Notes under the pieces: generated by a model
Database searches by the model: none
The model's input: the letters and a program-made list of their open reading frames with translations, nothing else
Told to the model about the DNA's origin: nothing
From: Gemmatimonadales bacterium
GTDB lineage: Bacteria > Gemmatimonadota > Gemmatimonadetes > Gemmatimonadales > GWC2-71-9
Assembly (NCBI GenBank): GCA_046262715.1
Contig: JBHEMG010000045.1
Location: forward strand, 986-64,985
DNA length: 64,000 nt
Direction: 5' to 3'
Made by a program: the position numbers and the translations under genes
Shown: positions 53,099 through 61,545 of the stretch, piece after piece
Numbering within the stretch: position 1 is the first letter of the stretch
Layout: each line of letters starts with the position of its first letter

Positions 53099-54237
53099 CG
53101 TTCAACTTCCCGCCGCACGGCGGCGGTATCGCCCGCATGATGGGCGAGATGGCGCTCCGCTACCCCAATCGCTCGCTTATCGTGTCGACCGGATCCTACG
53201 AGGGCAGCGCCGCAAGCGACGGGCGCTTTCCGCAGGTCATCGATCGTATCGGTACGCGCGCGACACGACTCCGGACGATGCAGGGACTCGCGCGCTGGAC
53301 ATGGCGTGCGGCCGCGCTGGCGAAGCAATGGCGGACCGGATTCACGTGGTGCGCCGAGCTGAAGCCCGCAGGATACCCGGCCGCGTGGCTCGCGGCGCGG
53401 CAAGGAATTCCATACGGCGTGATCCTCCACGGCACCGAGCTGCTCCTCATCCAGGAAAAGATCCGTCGCAGCGGCTTCAAGCGCCGCACCGCCGGCACGA
53501 TCATCGGCCGGGCAAAGGTGTTGGTAGCAAACAGCCGCTGGACCGCCGACCTCGCGCGCGAGGTGCTGGGGACCCTCCCGCTCGACGTCCCGGTCGAAAC
53601 CGTCCCCCTCGGCACGACGCCCTCGCACTTTCGGCCCGGCGTCGATCCCGCCACTGTGCGCGCGAAGTACGGATTGACGGGAGGCCCGTGGCTCTTGACG
53701 GTCGCCCGGCTCGAGTGGCACAAGGGCATCGACACGATGATGAAAGCGCTGCCGGCCGTGCGCGCGCGGCATCCGGGCGCACGCTACGCGGTCGCGGGGG
53801 TCGGTGACCGGCAGCCCCAGCTCACGCAGCTACAGGTCGAGCTGGGCTTGGGCGACGCGGTGAAATTTCTCGGCGGCGTGTCGGACGAGGAGCTGCCGGC
53901 GCTGTACAACGCCGCGGATCTGTATGTCGGGGCGTCCCGGCGCCACGACCTGCTCGTCGAAGGGTTCGGGATTTCGCTCGTCGAGGCATCGGCGTGCGGG
54001 GTGGCGGTAGTGGGCGGACGCTCGGGCGGCGTGCCCGATGCGGTGCGCGACGGCGAGACAGGCGTCCTGGTCGATCCCGACGACCCGGCCGCGGTCGCGG
54101 CGGAGATCAACGGATTATTGGCGAATGAGGATCGGCGAAAACAGCTGGGTGCGGCGGGGCGGCGCGCGGTGGAGAGTTATTACAATTGGGACCGGGTCGT
54201 GAACGATCTCATCCGGATCGACGCAGCGTACCGGTAG
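53044..54237 (+). CDS. Glycosyltransferase family 4 (PimB-like), tandem paralogue 2
   Basis: This ORF is colinear with the preceding gene (LLAFNFPPHGGGIARMM..., EGFGISLVEASACGVAVVGGRSGG...GETG). The start is uncertain. ATG 53044 overlaps the upstream gene by 55 nt, and homology suggests a start near 53080-53095, where no canonical start codon exists. Confidence 0.75.
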   Translation: MGPCDPRPAGHRITSLLLAFNFPPHGGGIARMMGEMALRYPNRSLIVSTGSYEGSAASDGRFPQVIDRIGTRATRLRTMQGLARWTWRAAALAKQWRTGFTWCAELKPAGYPAAWLAARQGIPYGVILHGTELLLIQEKIRRSGFKRRTAGTIIGRAKVLVANSRWTADLAREVLGTLPLDVPVETVPLGTTPSHFRPGVDPATVRAKYGLTGGPWLLTVARLEWHKGIDTMMKALPAVRARHPGARYAVAGVGDRQPQLTQLQVELGLGDAVKFLGGVSDEELPALYNAADLYVGASRRHDLLVEGFGISLVEASACGVAVVGGRSGGVPDAVRDGETGVLVDPDDPAAVAAEINGLLANEDRRKQLGAAGRRAVESYYNWDRVVNDLIRIDAAYR

Positions 54238-55351
54238 CCCGATCCGCGGGACGCGCGATAATCGCGTACGTGGGGCAGTGCCGGATGTACCCGCCGTCCA
54301 TCGGCGACCACTCCTGATCGGGCTGCGTGACGACGGCCTTTCGCTCCGAATCCAATACGAACATCCCCTGCGGACCGTGCACGAGGCAGGCGCCGCACCC
54401 GATGCAGCGGTCGCGCTCGACGCGCACCAGCACGCTCCGCTTCGGGAAGACGCCGACGTCGTCGGGCTCGGGCCACTCCTCGGGACGGTCCAGCGCCGCG
54501 GCCGTAGCGCGATAGCCCTCCTCGACCTCCTCGCGCAGGTGGTCGAAGGAGAACATCGTGACGTGCTCGACGCGCGGCTGGATGTAGTAGACCGGCGGCG
54601 TGGTCCAGGTGCGCACGCGCTGCTCGAGCAGCGTTGTCATCAGGATCTCGGTCGCGCGCGCGAACACGCCGGCAAAGCCCTCGTCCTGCGCGTCTGCGGT
54701 CAGGACACTCGAGGCCGACACGTCCACCGCGACGATCAACTCCGGGCCGAGCGCGCGGGCCGCGACGAACGGCACATTGGCAACGACCGCGCCATCCACA
54801 AAGAAGCGGCCGCCGATCTCGTGCGGCGGGAAGTATCCGGGCAGGGCGCAGGAGGCGAAGACGGCGTCGGCGACGCGGATGTCGTCGAGCCCGGGGAGGC
54901 CCCAGAAGACTTGCATCCCCGAGTTGAGGTCGACGGTATTCACGACGACGGGCGGATCGAGCTGTTGGAAGGTGAGATCGCCGACGGTACGCGCGATGAG
55001 GTGTTCCAGCGGCTCGCGTTTGAACAGCGCCGGCGAGCGCATGCGCTTGAACGCCATGTCGGCGTGCGCGACGGCGAACACCTCTTTGCGGTTCAGGCTC
55101 AGGGCGATCTCGCGAAGCTTTGCGATTCCCATGCCGCCGGCCCAGGCGGCGCCGACGAGCGCGCCGACACTCGACCCGATGATCCGGGTCGGCCGGTGGC
55201 CGCGCTCGAGCAGCGCCTGGAGCACGCCCACATGGGCGAGCCCCTTCATCCCGCCGCCGCCCAGCACCAGGGTGAACGGTGTATCACGCTTCACGTCAGT
55301 ATCCGCTTGCCCGGGGGGTTGAGTCCCGAGTAACGTAGTCGAGACCCCCAT
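54209..55351 (-). CDS. Patatin-like phospholipase fused to a C-terminal single-cluster ferredoxin-like domain
   Basis: The ORF is trimmed to ATG 55351, with an alternative GTG at 55294. The patatin motifs are GGGGMKG (oxyanion hole), GSSVG (GxSxG) and VDGAV (catalytic Asp). The last ~65 aa read CIGCGACLVHGP...HCPTYAI, which is the CxxCxxC...CP pattern. Confidence 0.78.
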   Translation of the reverse strand: MGVSTTLLGTQPPGQADTDVKRDTPFTLVLGGGGMKGLAHVGVLQALLERGHRPTRIIGSSVGALVGAAWAGGMGIAKLREIALSLNRKEVFAVAHADMAFKRMRSPALFKREPLEHLIARTVGDLTFQQLDPPVVVNTVDLNSGMQVFWGLPGLDDIRVADAVFASCALPGYFPPHEIGGRFFVDGAVVANVPFVAARALGPELIVAVDVSASSVLTADAQDEGFAGVFARATEILMTTLLEQRVRTWTTPPVYYIQPRVEHVTMFSFDHLREEVEEGYRATAAALDRPEEWPEPDDVGVFPKRSVLVRVERDRCIGCGACLVHGPQGMFVLDSERKAVVTQPDQEWSPMDGGYIRHCPTYAIIARPADRATGTLRRSG

Positions 55352-56195
55352 GGCGGCGCCACTCTTTTGGACTCGACTCGCGCGCGATCCCTGGGCCCGC
55401 TTCGGCATGGGATTAGTCGGGATCCTCGCCCTGCTGGCTCTGCTCGCTCCATGGCTCGCTCCCGGGGACCCGTTTCGCGGCGACCTGTCTGCAAGTTTGC
55501 ATCCACCATCGGGCGCCTTTCTCCTCGGCAGCGATGCGCAGGGACGCGACGTTCTCTCACGCGTTTTGTACGGCGCCCGGCTCTCGCTCGCCGTGGGACT
55601 CATCAGCCAGAGCATCGCCATGGCGCTCGGCGTGACGTTAGGACTCGTGTCGGGTTACTACGGCCGCTGGACCGATAGCATGATCATGCGCGTCGCGGAC
55701 GTGACGCTCGCCTTCCCCTCGCTGCTGCTGCTCATCGCCATCGCCGCCGCCGTGAAGCCGTCCCTGCCCGTGGTGTTCGTGGTGATCGGCATCGTCGGCT
55801 GGGCGGGTATGGCGCGCATCGTCCGCGGTCAGGTGCTGCTCGCGCGCGGGCTCGAATACGTCCACGCGGCCCGCGCGCTCGGCGCCTCCGATGCGCGTAT
55901 CATCGCGCGGCACCTGCTGCCCAACGTGATCGCCCCGGTGATTGTTGCGGCGACGCTGGGCATCGGCGGCGCGATCATGGCGGAGGCGGCGCTGTCGTTC
56001 ATCGGACTCGGCGCGCAGCCGCCCACGCCGTCCTGGGGCGCGATGGTCGCGGAGGGCCGCGATCTGCTGCGCGTGGCACCGTGGGTCTCGATCGCCCCGG
56101 GCGTCGCGATCGGTCTCGCGGTGCTCGGACTCAATCTGGTGGGCGACGGCTTGCGCGACGCGCTCGACGTTCGTGGTTTCGGGCGGCTCGCGTGA
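55350..56195 (+). CDS. ABC transporter permease, DppC/OppC type
   Basis: The 281-aa ORF has FWTRLARDPWARFGMGLVGILALLALLAPWLAPGDP and the EAA loop region (YVHAARALGASDARII). No cognate SBP or ATPase gene is adjacent. Confidence 0.85.
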   Translation: MAAPLFWTRLARDPWARFGMGLVGILALLALLAPWLAPGDPFRGDLSASLHPPSGAFLLGSDAQGRDVLSRVLYGARLSLAVGLISQSIAMALGVTLGLVSGYYGRWTDSMIMRVADVTLAFPSLLLLIAIAAAVKPSLPVVFVVIGIVGWAGMARIVRGQVLLARGLEYVHAARALGASDARIIARHLLPNVIAPVIVAATLGIGGAIMAEAALSFIGLGAQPPTPSWGAMVAEGRDLLRVAPWVSIAPGVAIGLAVLGLNLVGDGLRDALDVRGFGRLA

Positions 56196-57379
56196 CCGAA
56201 ATCGCCTATCACCCGACGCATGTCCGCGCGTTGCGCGAGACCTTCAAGGCGCTCCGTACCTCGGAATTCCCGTGGACCGCCGATACGACGTATCTGAACA
56301 ACGCGTCGATTGGTCCGATCCCCGAGCGAACGCGACGCGCGCTCGATGAGTTCACGGCGAAGCGCACAGCGCCCCATCTGCTGCCCGACCGCGAGCTCAT
56401 GGCCGGCCTCGCCGCCGCGCGGCTCGGCCTCGCCCAGCTGATCAACGCCGAGCCTGCAGAGATCGCGCTCGCCACCAACACCGGTTTCGGATTGCACCTC
56501 GCGGCGCGTGCCCTGCCGCTCAAGGCGGGCGACGTGGTGTTGCTCTCGGACAAGGAATTCCCAGCCAACGTCTACCCCTGGCTGCTGCTGCGCGAACAGA
56601 GCGTCACCGTCGAGATCGCGCGCTGCACGCAGCAGGGATGGCCAGACGAAGAGTATCTGCTCGAGCGGCTGCGCGACCCGCGAGTGCGCGTGCTCGCCGT
56701 TTCCTTCGTGCAGTTCTCTAACGGGTATCGCGCCGACCTCAAGAAACTCGGCGCCGCATGCCGCGCCAACGGGACGTATCTCGTGGTGGACGGCATTCAG
56801 GGCGTCGGTAACTCGGTGCTCGACGTGCAGGACACGCCGGTCGACATCATGGCGTGCGGTGGGCAGAAGTGGCTGCTCTCGCCGTGGGGATCGGGCTTCG
56901 TCTACGTGCGCAAGGCGCTGGTGACTGAGCTGGAGCCTGCGGTCACGGGATGGATGGCGTTCGAGGGAACGGACGACTTCTCACGGCTCACCGAGTACAA
57001 CCCGACGTTCAGGGCGGACGCGCGCCGCTTCGAAATGATCACATTGCCGTATCAGGACTTCGTCGGAATGACGGCATCGCTTGGCCTGCTGCTCGAGATC
57101 GGCGTGCGCGACGTCGCCGAGGTCACGCGCGCGGTGCAGCAGCCGGTGGTGAAGTGGGCGCATGAGAATGGTGTGCGCATCACCTCGCCGGTCGAGAACG
57201 GACACCGCTCGGCGATTCTCTGCGTCGCGCCCGCGAAGCCGGTGGAGGCCTACCACAGTCTGAAGCGCGCCCGCGTGGTATGCAGCCTGCGCGAAGGTGC
57301 AATACGGCTCTCGCCGCATTGCTACAACACGATGGAAGAGATGGAGAAGGTTATAGAAGTGCTGGACGACTTGATGTAG
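56192..57379 (+). CDS. Class V aminotransferase-fold PLP-dependent enzyme
   Basis: The ORF is trimmed to GTG 56192, which forms a GTGA overlap with the dppC-like stop. It has YLNNASIGP, a DGIQGVG-type PLP-binding aspartate region and a PLP-Lys region (GGQKWLLSPWGSG). I cannot assign a substrate. Confidence 0.78.
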   Translation: MTEIAYHPTHVRALRETFKALRTSEFPWTADTTYLNNASIGPIPERTRRALDEFTAKRTAPHLLPDRELMAGLAAARLGLAQLINAEPAEIALATNTGFGLHLAARALPLKAGDVVLLSDKEFPANVYPWLLLREQSVTVEIARCTQQGWPDEEYLLERLRDPRVRVLAVSFVQFSNGYRADLKKLGAACRANGTYLVVDGIQGVGNSVLDVQDTPVDIMACGGQKWLLSPWGSGFVYVRKALVTELEPAVTGWMAFEGTDDFSRLTEYNPTFRADARRFEMITLPYQDFVGMTASLGLLLEIGVRDVAEVTRAVQQPVVKWAHENGVRITSPVENGHRSAILCVAPAKPVEAYHSLKRARVVCSLREGAIRLSPHCYNTMEEMEKVIEVLDDLM

Positions 57380-58022
57380 CGTCGCGGTGACGGTCCACCC
57401 ACCATGCCACCAGGACGAACACCGCTTCGAAGATCAGGCCGCCGATCGCCAGCGCTTGTGTATCGGTCGGTGTAGGGCTGAACAGCGAGCCGTAGTAGGA
57501 CGCCGCCAGCAGCAGGACCAGCCCCCAGATCCCCCATCGCCCGATACCATCGCGCGCGCGCGTCACGCGCAGGTAGACCGCGACGCCGGCGAGCAGCATC
57601 ACGCTTTCGACGATCACCGTCCCCGTCACGGAGTTCCAGAGTCCCAGTCCCACTTCGGGCCCGCCCGGATAGAGCGGCGCATCCGGCCGGTGCGTGATGA
57701 CGTCGAGGACCCAGTGGCTCACGACGAGGAGCGCGATCACGATGGCGGCGCGCTGATCGCCGCGGCGCATCCGATACAGATAGCCGAACAGCGCACCCCA
57801 GACCATCAGCGTGAAGAGGCTGTGCGAGATCGGATAGTCGTCGAGCCACAGATTCAAAAATGGGTTCGGGCCAGGGACGACGTGCGCGTGCTCCCAGCCC
57901 AGCAGTAGGAAGACCGGCCATAATAGCTCCGCGAGCGTGGGCGCCACGAAGAGAGTGCCGAGGCTGGTGTGCGGCGCTGCGCGCTTCGCGGCCAGACCCA
58001 GGGCATAATGACCGATGAACAT
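57351..58022 (-). CDS. Conserved polytopic membrane protein, His-rich (possible membrane-bound metal-dependent hydrolase)
   Basis: The 223-aa ORF has about 6 TM helices. It begins MFIGHYALGLAAK and contains SHWVLDVITH. The function is not assignable from sequence alone. Confidence 0.55.
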   Translation of the reverse strand: MFIGHYALGLAAKRAAPHTSLGTLFVAPTLAELLWPVFLLLGWEHAHVVPGPNPFLNLWLDDYPISHSLFTLMVWGALFGYLYRMRRGDQRAAIVIALLVVSHWVLDVITHRPDAPLYPGGPEVGLGLWNSVTGTVIVESVMLLAGVAVYLRVTRARDGIGRWGIWGLVLLLAASYYGSLFSPTPTDTQALAIGGLIFEAVFVLVAWWVDRHRDATSSRPALL

Positions 58023-58025
58023 AGG

Positions 58026-59291
58026 CTAGCGCTCGCGTCTCAGAAGCGCGTAGTCCTTCTTTCCCTTGCGCAACAGCAGATTGCGGCCGCCGATCCAGTC
58101 GCCCTCCGCGATCGTCCGCGCGACGTCGTCCACGCGATGCTGGTTGACGTAGATGCCGCCTTGCTCGATGCTGCGCCGCGCCTCGCTCTTCGACTTGGCG
58201 AGGCCGGCACGCGCCACGAGATCGACGAGCGGGACGCTGTCCGCTTCACCTTCGAGGACGACCGTCGGGATCTCGCCCGCGAGAATGTCGAACACCCGCG
58301 GGTGCACCTCGGGCTGTTCTTCCCCGAACAGAATCGCCGAGGCGGCCTGCACGCCTTGCAGCAGCTCGGCGCCATGGACCAGACTCGTCACTGTCGTCGC
58401 GAGCGCGCGCTGCGCCGGCCGCGGGGCAGGATTCGCGCGCTGCTGTTCGAGGATGGCGGTGATCTGCGGCGCCGGCAGGTGCGTGAACAGCTTCACGTAT
58501 TTTTCGACGTCGCGGTCGTCCACGTTGATCCAGAACTGATAGAATTTGTACGGCGACGTCAGTGTGGGATCGAGATAGATCGCCCCCGCCTCGGTTTTGC
58601 CGAACTTCTGCCCCGATGCCATGGTCACCAGCGGCGCCACCAGGCCATGCGCCTCGCCATTGGCGATGCGGCGAATCAGATCGACGCCCGCGGTGATGTT
58701 GCCCCACTGATCGCTGCCGCCCACCTGCAGGGTGCACTGGCGCTCGCGGAACAGATGCAGGAAGTCGTAGGCCTGCAGCAGCATGTAGCTGAATTCGGTG
58801 AACGACAACCCCGCCTCGAGCCGCGCTTTCACCGACTCCTTCTGCAGCATGATGTTCACGGTGAAGTGCTTGCCGATGTCGCGCAGAAAATCGATCAGGC
58901 CGAGCGCGCCCAGCCATTTGGCGTTGTCGAGCAGCAGCGCCGCGGTCGGTCCGGCGCCGAATTCCAGAAATCGCGCCATCTGATCGCGCTGGCGCTGCAG
59001 GTTTTCGCGAATCTGTTCTTTGGAGAGCAGCGGCCGCTCGCCCGCCTTGCCGGATGGATCGCCGATCAGTCCCGTGCCGCCGCCCATCAGAATGATGGGG
59101 CGGTGGCCGGCGCGTTGCAGATTGGCGAGCAGCATCAACGGCATCAGATTGCCCAGCTGCAACGACGGCGCGGTCGGATCGAAGCCGCAGTAGGCGGTGA
59201 CGGGCCCCTTCGCGAAATGCGCGGCGAGTCCGGGCGGGGCCTGCTGAACAAATCCCCGCCACTCCAGCTCTTTCAACACGTCAGTCGTCAT
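58026..59291 (-). CDS. tyrS: Tyrosine--tRNA ligase (type 1) with an atypical HIGH motif
   Basis: The 421-aa ORF is colinear by eye with E. coli TyrRS. Shared segments are YCGFDPTA, GLIGDPSGK, FLRDIGKHF, SFTEFSY, GGSDQWGNIT and KFGKT (the KMSKS equivalent), plus an S4-like C-terminus. The HIGH position reads QLGN (59148-59159). Confidence 0.9.
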   Translation of the reverse strand: MTTDVLKELEWRGFVQQAPPGLAAHFAKGPVTAYCGFDPTAPSLQLGNLMPLMLLANLQRAGHRPIILMGGGTGLIGDPSGKAGERPLLSKEQIRENLQRQRDQMARFLEFGAGPTAALLLDNAKWLGALGLIDFLRDIGKHFTVNIMLQKESVKARLEAGLSFTEFSYMLLQAYDFLHLFRERQCTLQVGGSDQWGNITAGVDLIRRIANGEAHGLVAPLVTMASGQKFGKTEAGAIYLDPTLTSPYKFYQFWINVDDRDVEKYVKLFTHLPAPQITAILEQQRANPAPRPAQRALATTVTSLVHGAELLQGVQAASAILFGEEQPEVHPRVFDILAGEIPTVVLEGEADSVPLVDLVARAGLAKSKSEARRSIEQGGIYVNQHRVDDVARTIAEGDWIGGRNLLLRKGKKDYALLRRER

Positions 59292-59322
59292 GGCGGCGAA
59301 TCTACGGCCTAACTAGGTTTTA
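59292..59322. promoter_or_regulatory. 31-bp divergent intergenic region with -10-like hexamers for tyrS and PBP1A
   Basis: On the minus strand, TAGATT (complement of 59299-59304) lies 7 nt before the tyrS ATG at 59291. On the plus strand, TAGGTT (59314-59319) lies 9 nt before ATG 59329 and 3 nt before GTG 59323. Confidence 0.4.
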
Positions 59323-61530
59323 GTGCAGATGGCATCATCGACGCCCCTTTCGCCTCCGTCCGCCCCCGCTGGATCTCGCCGCCTGTGGATTACTCGCTGG
59401 TGGCACGATCGCGTGCAGCGCCGCCGTGTCTTTGTCGGCACGGTGCTGGCGCTGTTGTACGCCAGCGGGTTGGCCTACGGCTCCTGGACCCGTGTCTGCG
59501 CGGCGGAGCGCTGCCCCAGCATCATGCGCATCGACCCGGGGCATCGGCCGCAGGTGCAGACGTCCAAGGTGTACGCGGCCGACGGCCGACTCATCACCGA
59601 GCTCGGCATCGAGCGCCGGACGGTGCTGCCGCTCGAGCAAATCCCGGTGCATGTGCGTCAGGCGTTCGTGGCGGTCGAGGACAAGCGCTTCTACGCGCAC
59701 AACGGCATCGACTACTGGCGCATCCTCGGCGCGATTAAGGCCAACATCACGACGCTGCACTACGCGCAGGGCTTTTCGACCATCACGATGCAGCTGGCGC
59801 GCAACGTGTTTCCGGATCACCTCGGCAAGGAAAAGAAAATCGCGCGCAAGCTGCGCGAAACGCGCGTCGCGGTCGAGCTGGAGCGGAACTTCCCCAAGGA
59901 CACGATCCTCGAGTTGTATCTCAATCAGATCAGCCTGGGGCCGAACGTCTCGGGTGTGGAGGCGGCGTCACAGGTCTTCTTCGGTAAATCGGCGCGCGAT
60001 CTGAACGTCGCCGAGGCGGCAACGCTCGCGGCGCTGCCGAAAGCGCCCGGGACGTACAATCCGCGGACGCATCCCGACCGCGCCATCCGGCGCCGCAACG
60101 TCGTGCTCAATCTGATGCGCGACCAGAAATTCCTCAGCCCTGAAGACGCAGAGTTCTGGAAGGCGTACCCGCTGGTGCTGACGACGCGGCGGACGAGTTA
60201 CGGCGACGTGGCGCCGTATTTCGTCGAATGGCTGCGCTCCTCGATCCTCGAGCCGCGTTTCGGCCGCGATCTGTACGACAAAGGGCTGCGCATCTACACG
60301 ACGCTCGACCTCGACATGCAGGAGGCGGCGGAGCAGGCGCTGCATTCGCAGCTCGACGAGATCGAATCGGGCGTCTTCTCGAACGGAAAGTTCGAGGGCT
60401 CGACGTATCGCGAGTATATCGAGCAGGGGCGGGCCACCGGCGACGATCAGGGCCCGTTCTCGCAGTACCTGCAGGGCGCGCTCATGGCGATGGATGCCAA
60501 GACCGGCAACATCCTTGCCATGGTGGGCGGACGCGATTTCGTCGACTCGAAATGGAATCGCGTGACGCAGTCGGCGCGGCCGCCCGGCTCGACGTTCAAG
60601 CCGTTCGTCTACTCGGCCGCGGTGCGCGCGGGGCATCCGGTGACGGAGATGCTCGACGATACGCCCCTCAATCCGCCGGTCATTCAGCTCGACAGCTCGC
60701 TGTGGCAGCCGAAGGATTACGACGATACGACGCTGGGCCCGGTACCGATGCGCCAGTCGCTGTATCTCTCGCGGAACCTGTCGACGATCAAGCTCGGTAT
60801 GGCGCTCGGTGAACAGACGGTGATCGGGGAGGCGCGGCGCTACGGGATCACGACCCCGTTGCCGCCCTATCCGTCCATTCATATCGGCGCCCGGGAGACG
60901 AAGCCGATCGAGCTGATCGCGGCCTACACCGCCTTTGCCAATGGCGGCGTGCGCGTCGAGCCGATCGGGATTCAGCGCATCGAGGACCGCCAAGGCAACA
61001 TCCTCTTTCAGTCCACGATCAAGCGCGAGCAGGTGCTCGACCCGGAGCACAACTGGCTGATGCTGGACATGCTGCGCGACGTGATGCGCTGCCAGCCGGG
61101 CTCGGGGCCCCATCGGTGCGGTACCGCCGCGGGCGCGGTGGGCGGATTGCACGTGCCGATGGGCGGCAAGAGCGGTACAACGGACGACTATACCGACGCC
61201 TGGTTCGTCGGCTTCACGCCCGAGATCGTCACGGGGATCTGGATCGGCTACGACCTGCAGCGCCGCATCATGAACAACGCCGGCGGCGGCCGCATCGTCG
61301 CGCCCGCATGGACGAAGTTCATGCGCGACGTATACGAGCGCCGTCCCTCGCCGGGCGACTGGGCGCGGCCCGACGATCTCGTCACGCGCGAGGTCGACTG
61401 GTCCAACGGCTTCCTCGCGACGCCGTTCTGTCCGCTCGAGGTGCGGCGCTGGGAGTGGTTCTATCCCGGCACGGAGCCGACACAGGTGTGCCAGGTGCAT
61501 TCACCATTTGGGGTGGGCGTCACTCCGTAA
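59323..61530 (+). CDS. mrcA: Penicillin-binding protein 1A (bifunctional glycosyltransferase/transpeptidase)
   Basis: The ORF has an N-terminal TM. The GT51 motifs are EDKRFYAHNGID and RKLRE. The transpeptidase motifs are STFK, SRN and KSG. The start is GTG 59323 or ATG 59329. Confidence 0.92.
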   Translation: MQMASSTPLSPPSAPAGSRRLWITRWWHDRVQRRRVFVGTVLALLYASGLAYGSWTRVCAAERCPSIMRIDPGHRPQVQTSKVYAADGRLITELGIERRTVLPLEQIPVHVRQAFVAVEDKRFYAHNGIDYWRILGAIKANITTLHYAQGFSTITMQLARNVFPDHLGKEKKIARKLRETRVAVELERNFPKDTILELYLNQISLGPNVSGVEAASQVFFGKSARDLNVAEAATLAALPKAPGTYNPRTHPDRAIRRRNVVLNLMRDQKFLSPEDAEFWKAYPLVLTTRRTSYGDVAPYFVEWLRSSILEPRFGRDLYDKGLRIYTTLDLDMQEAAEQALHSQLDEIESGVFSNGKFEGSTYREYIEQGRATGDDQGPFSQYLQGALMAMDAKTGNILAMVGGRDFVDSKWNRVTQSARPPGSTFKPFVYSAAVRAGHPVTEMLDDTPLNPPVIQLDSSLWQPKDYDDTTLGPVPMRQSLYLSRNLSTIKLGMALGEQTVIGEARRYGITTPLPPYPSIHIGARETKPIELIAAYTAFANGGVRVEPIGIQRIEDRQGNILFQSTIKREQVLDPEHNWLMLDMLRDVMRCQPGSGPHRCGTAAGAVGGLHVPMGGKSGTTDDYTDAWFVGFTPEIVTGIWIGYDLQRRIMNNAGGGRIVAPAWTKFMRDVYERRPSPGDWARPDDLVTREVDWSNGFLATPFCPLEVRRWEWFYPGTEPTQVCQVHSPFGVGVTP

Positions 61531-61545
61531 GTTGCCAGTAACACG

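Noticed and set aside
54209-55351. The patatin-like phospholipase as a CBASS or other anti-phage effector.
   Set aside because: No cyclase (CD-NTase), SAVED/STING sensor, Cap genes or other defence or mobile genes are adjacent. The gene appears stand-alone in a housekeeping and glycan context.
59398-59420. TGGCAC-containing sequences as sigma-54 (-24/-12) promoters for the NtrC-like activator. The examples are TGGCACGATCGCGTGCAG at about 59400, and the sequences at about 43058 and about 40590.
   Set aside because: The GG-N10-GC spacing is not satisfied in any of them, and they lie inside coding sequence or at wrong distances. I can support no sigma-54 promoter in the window.
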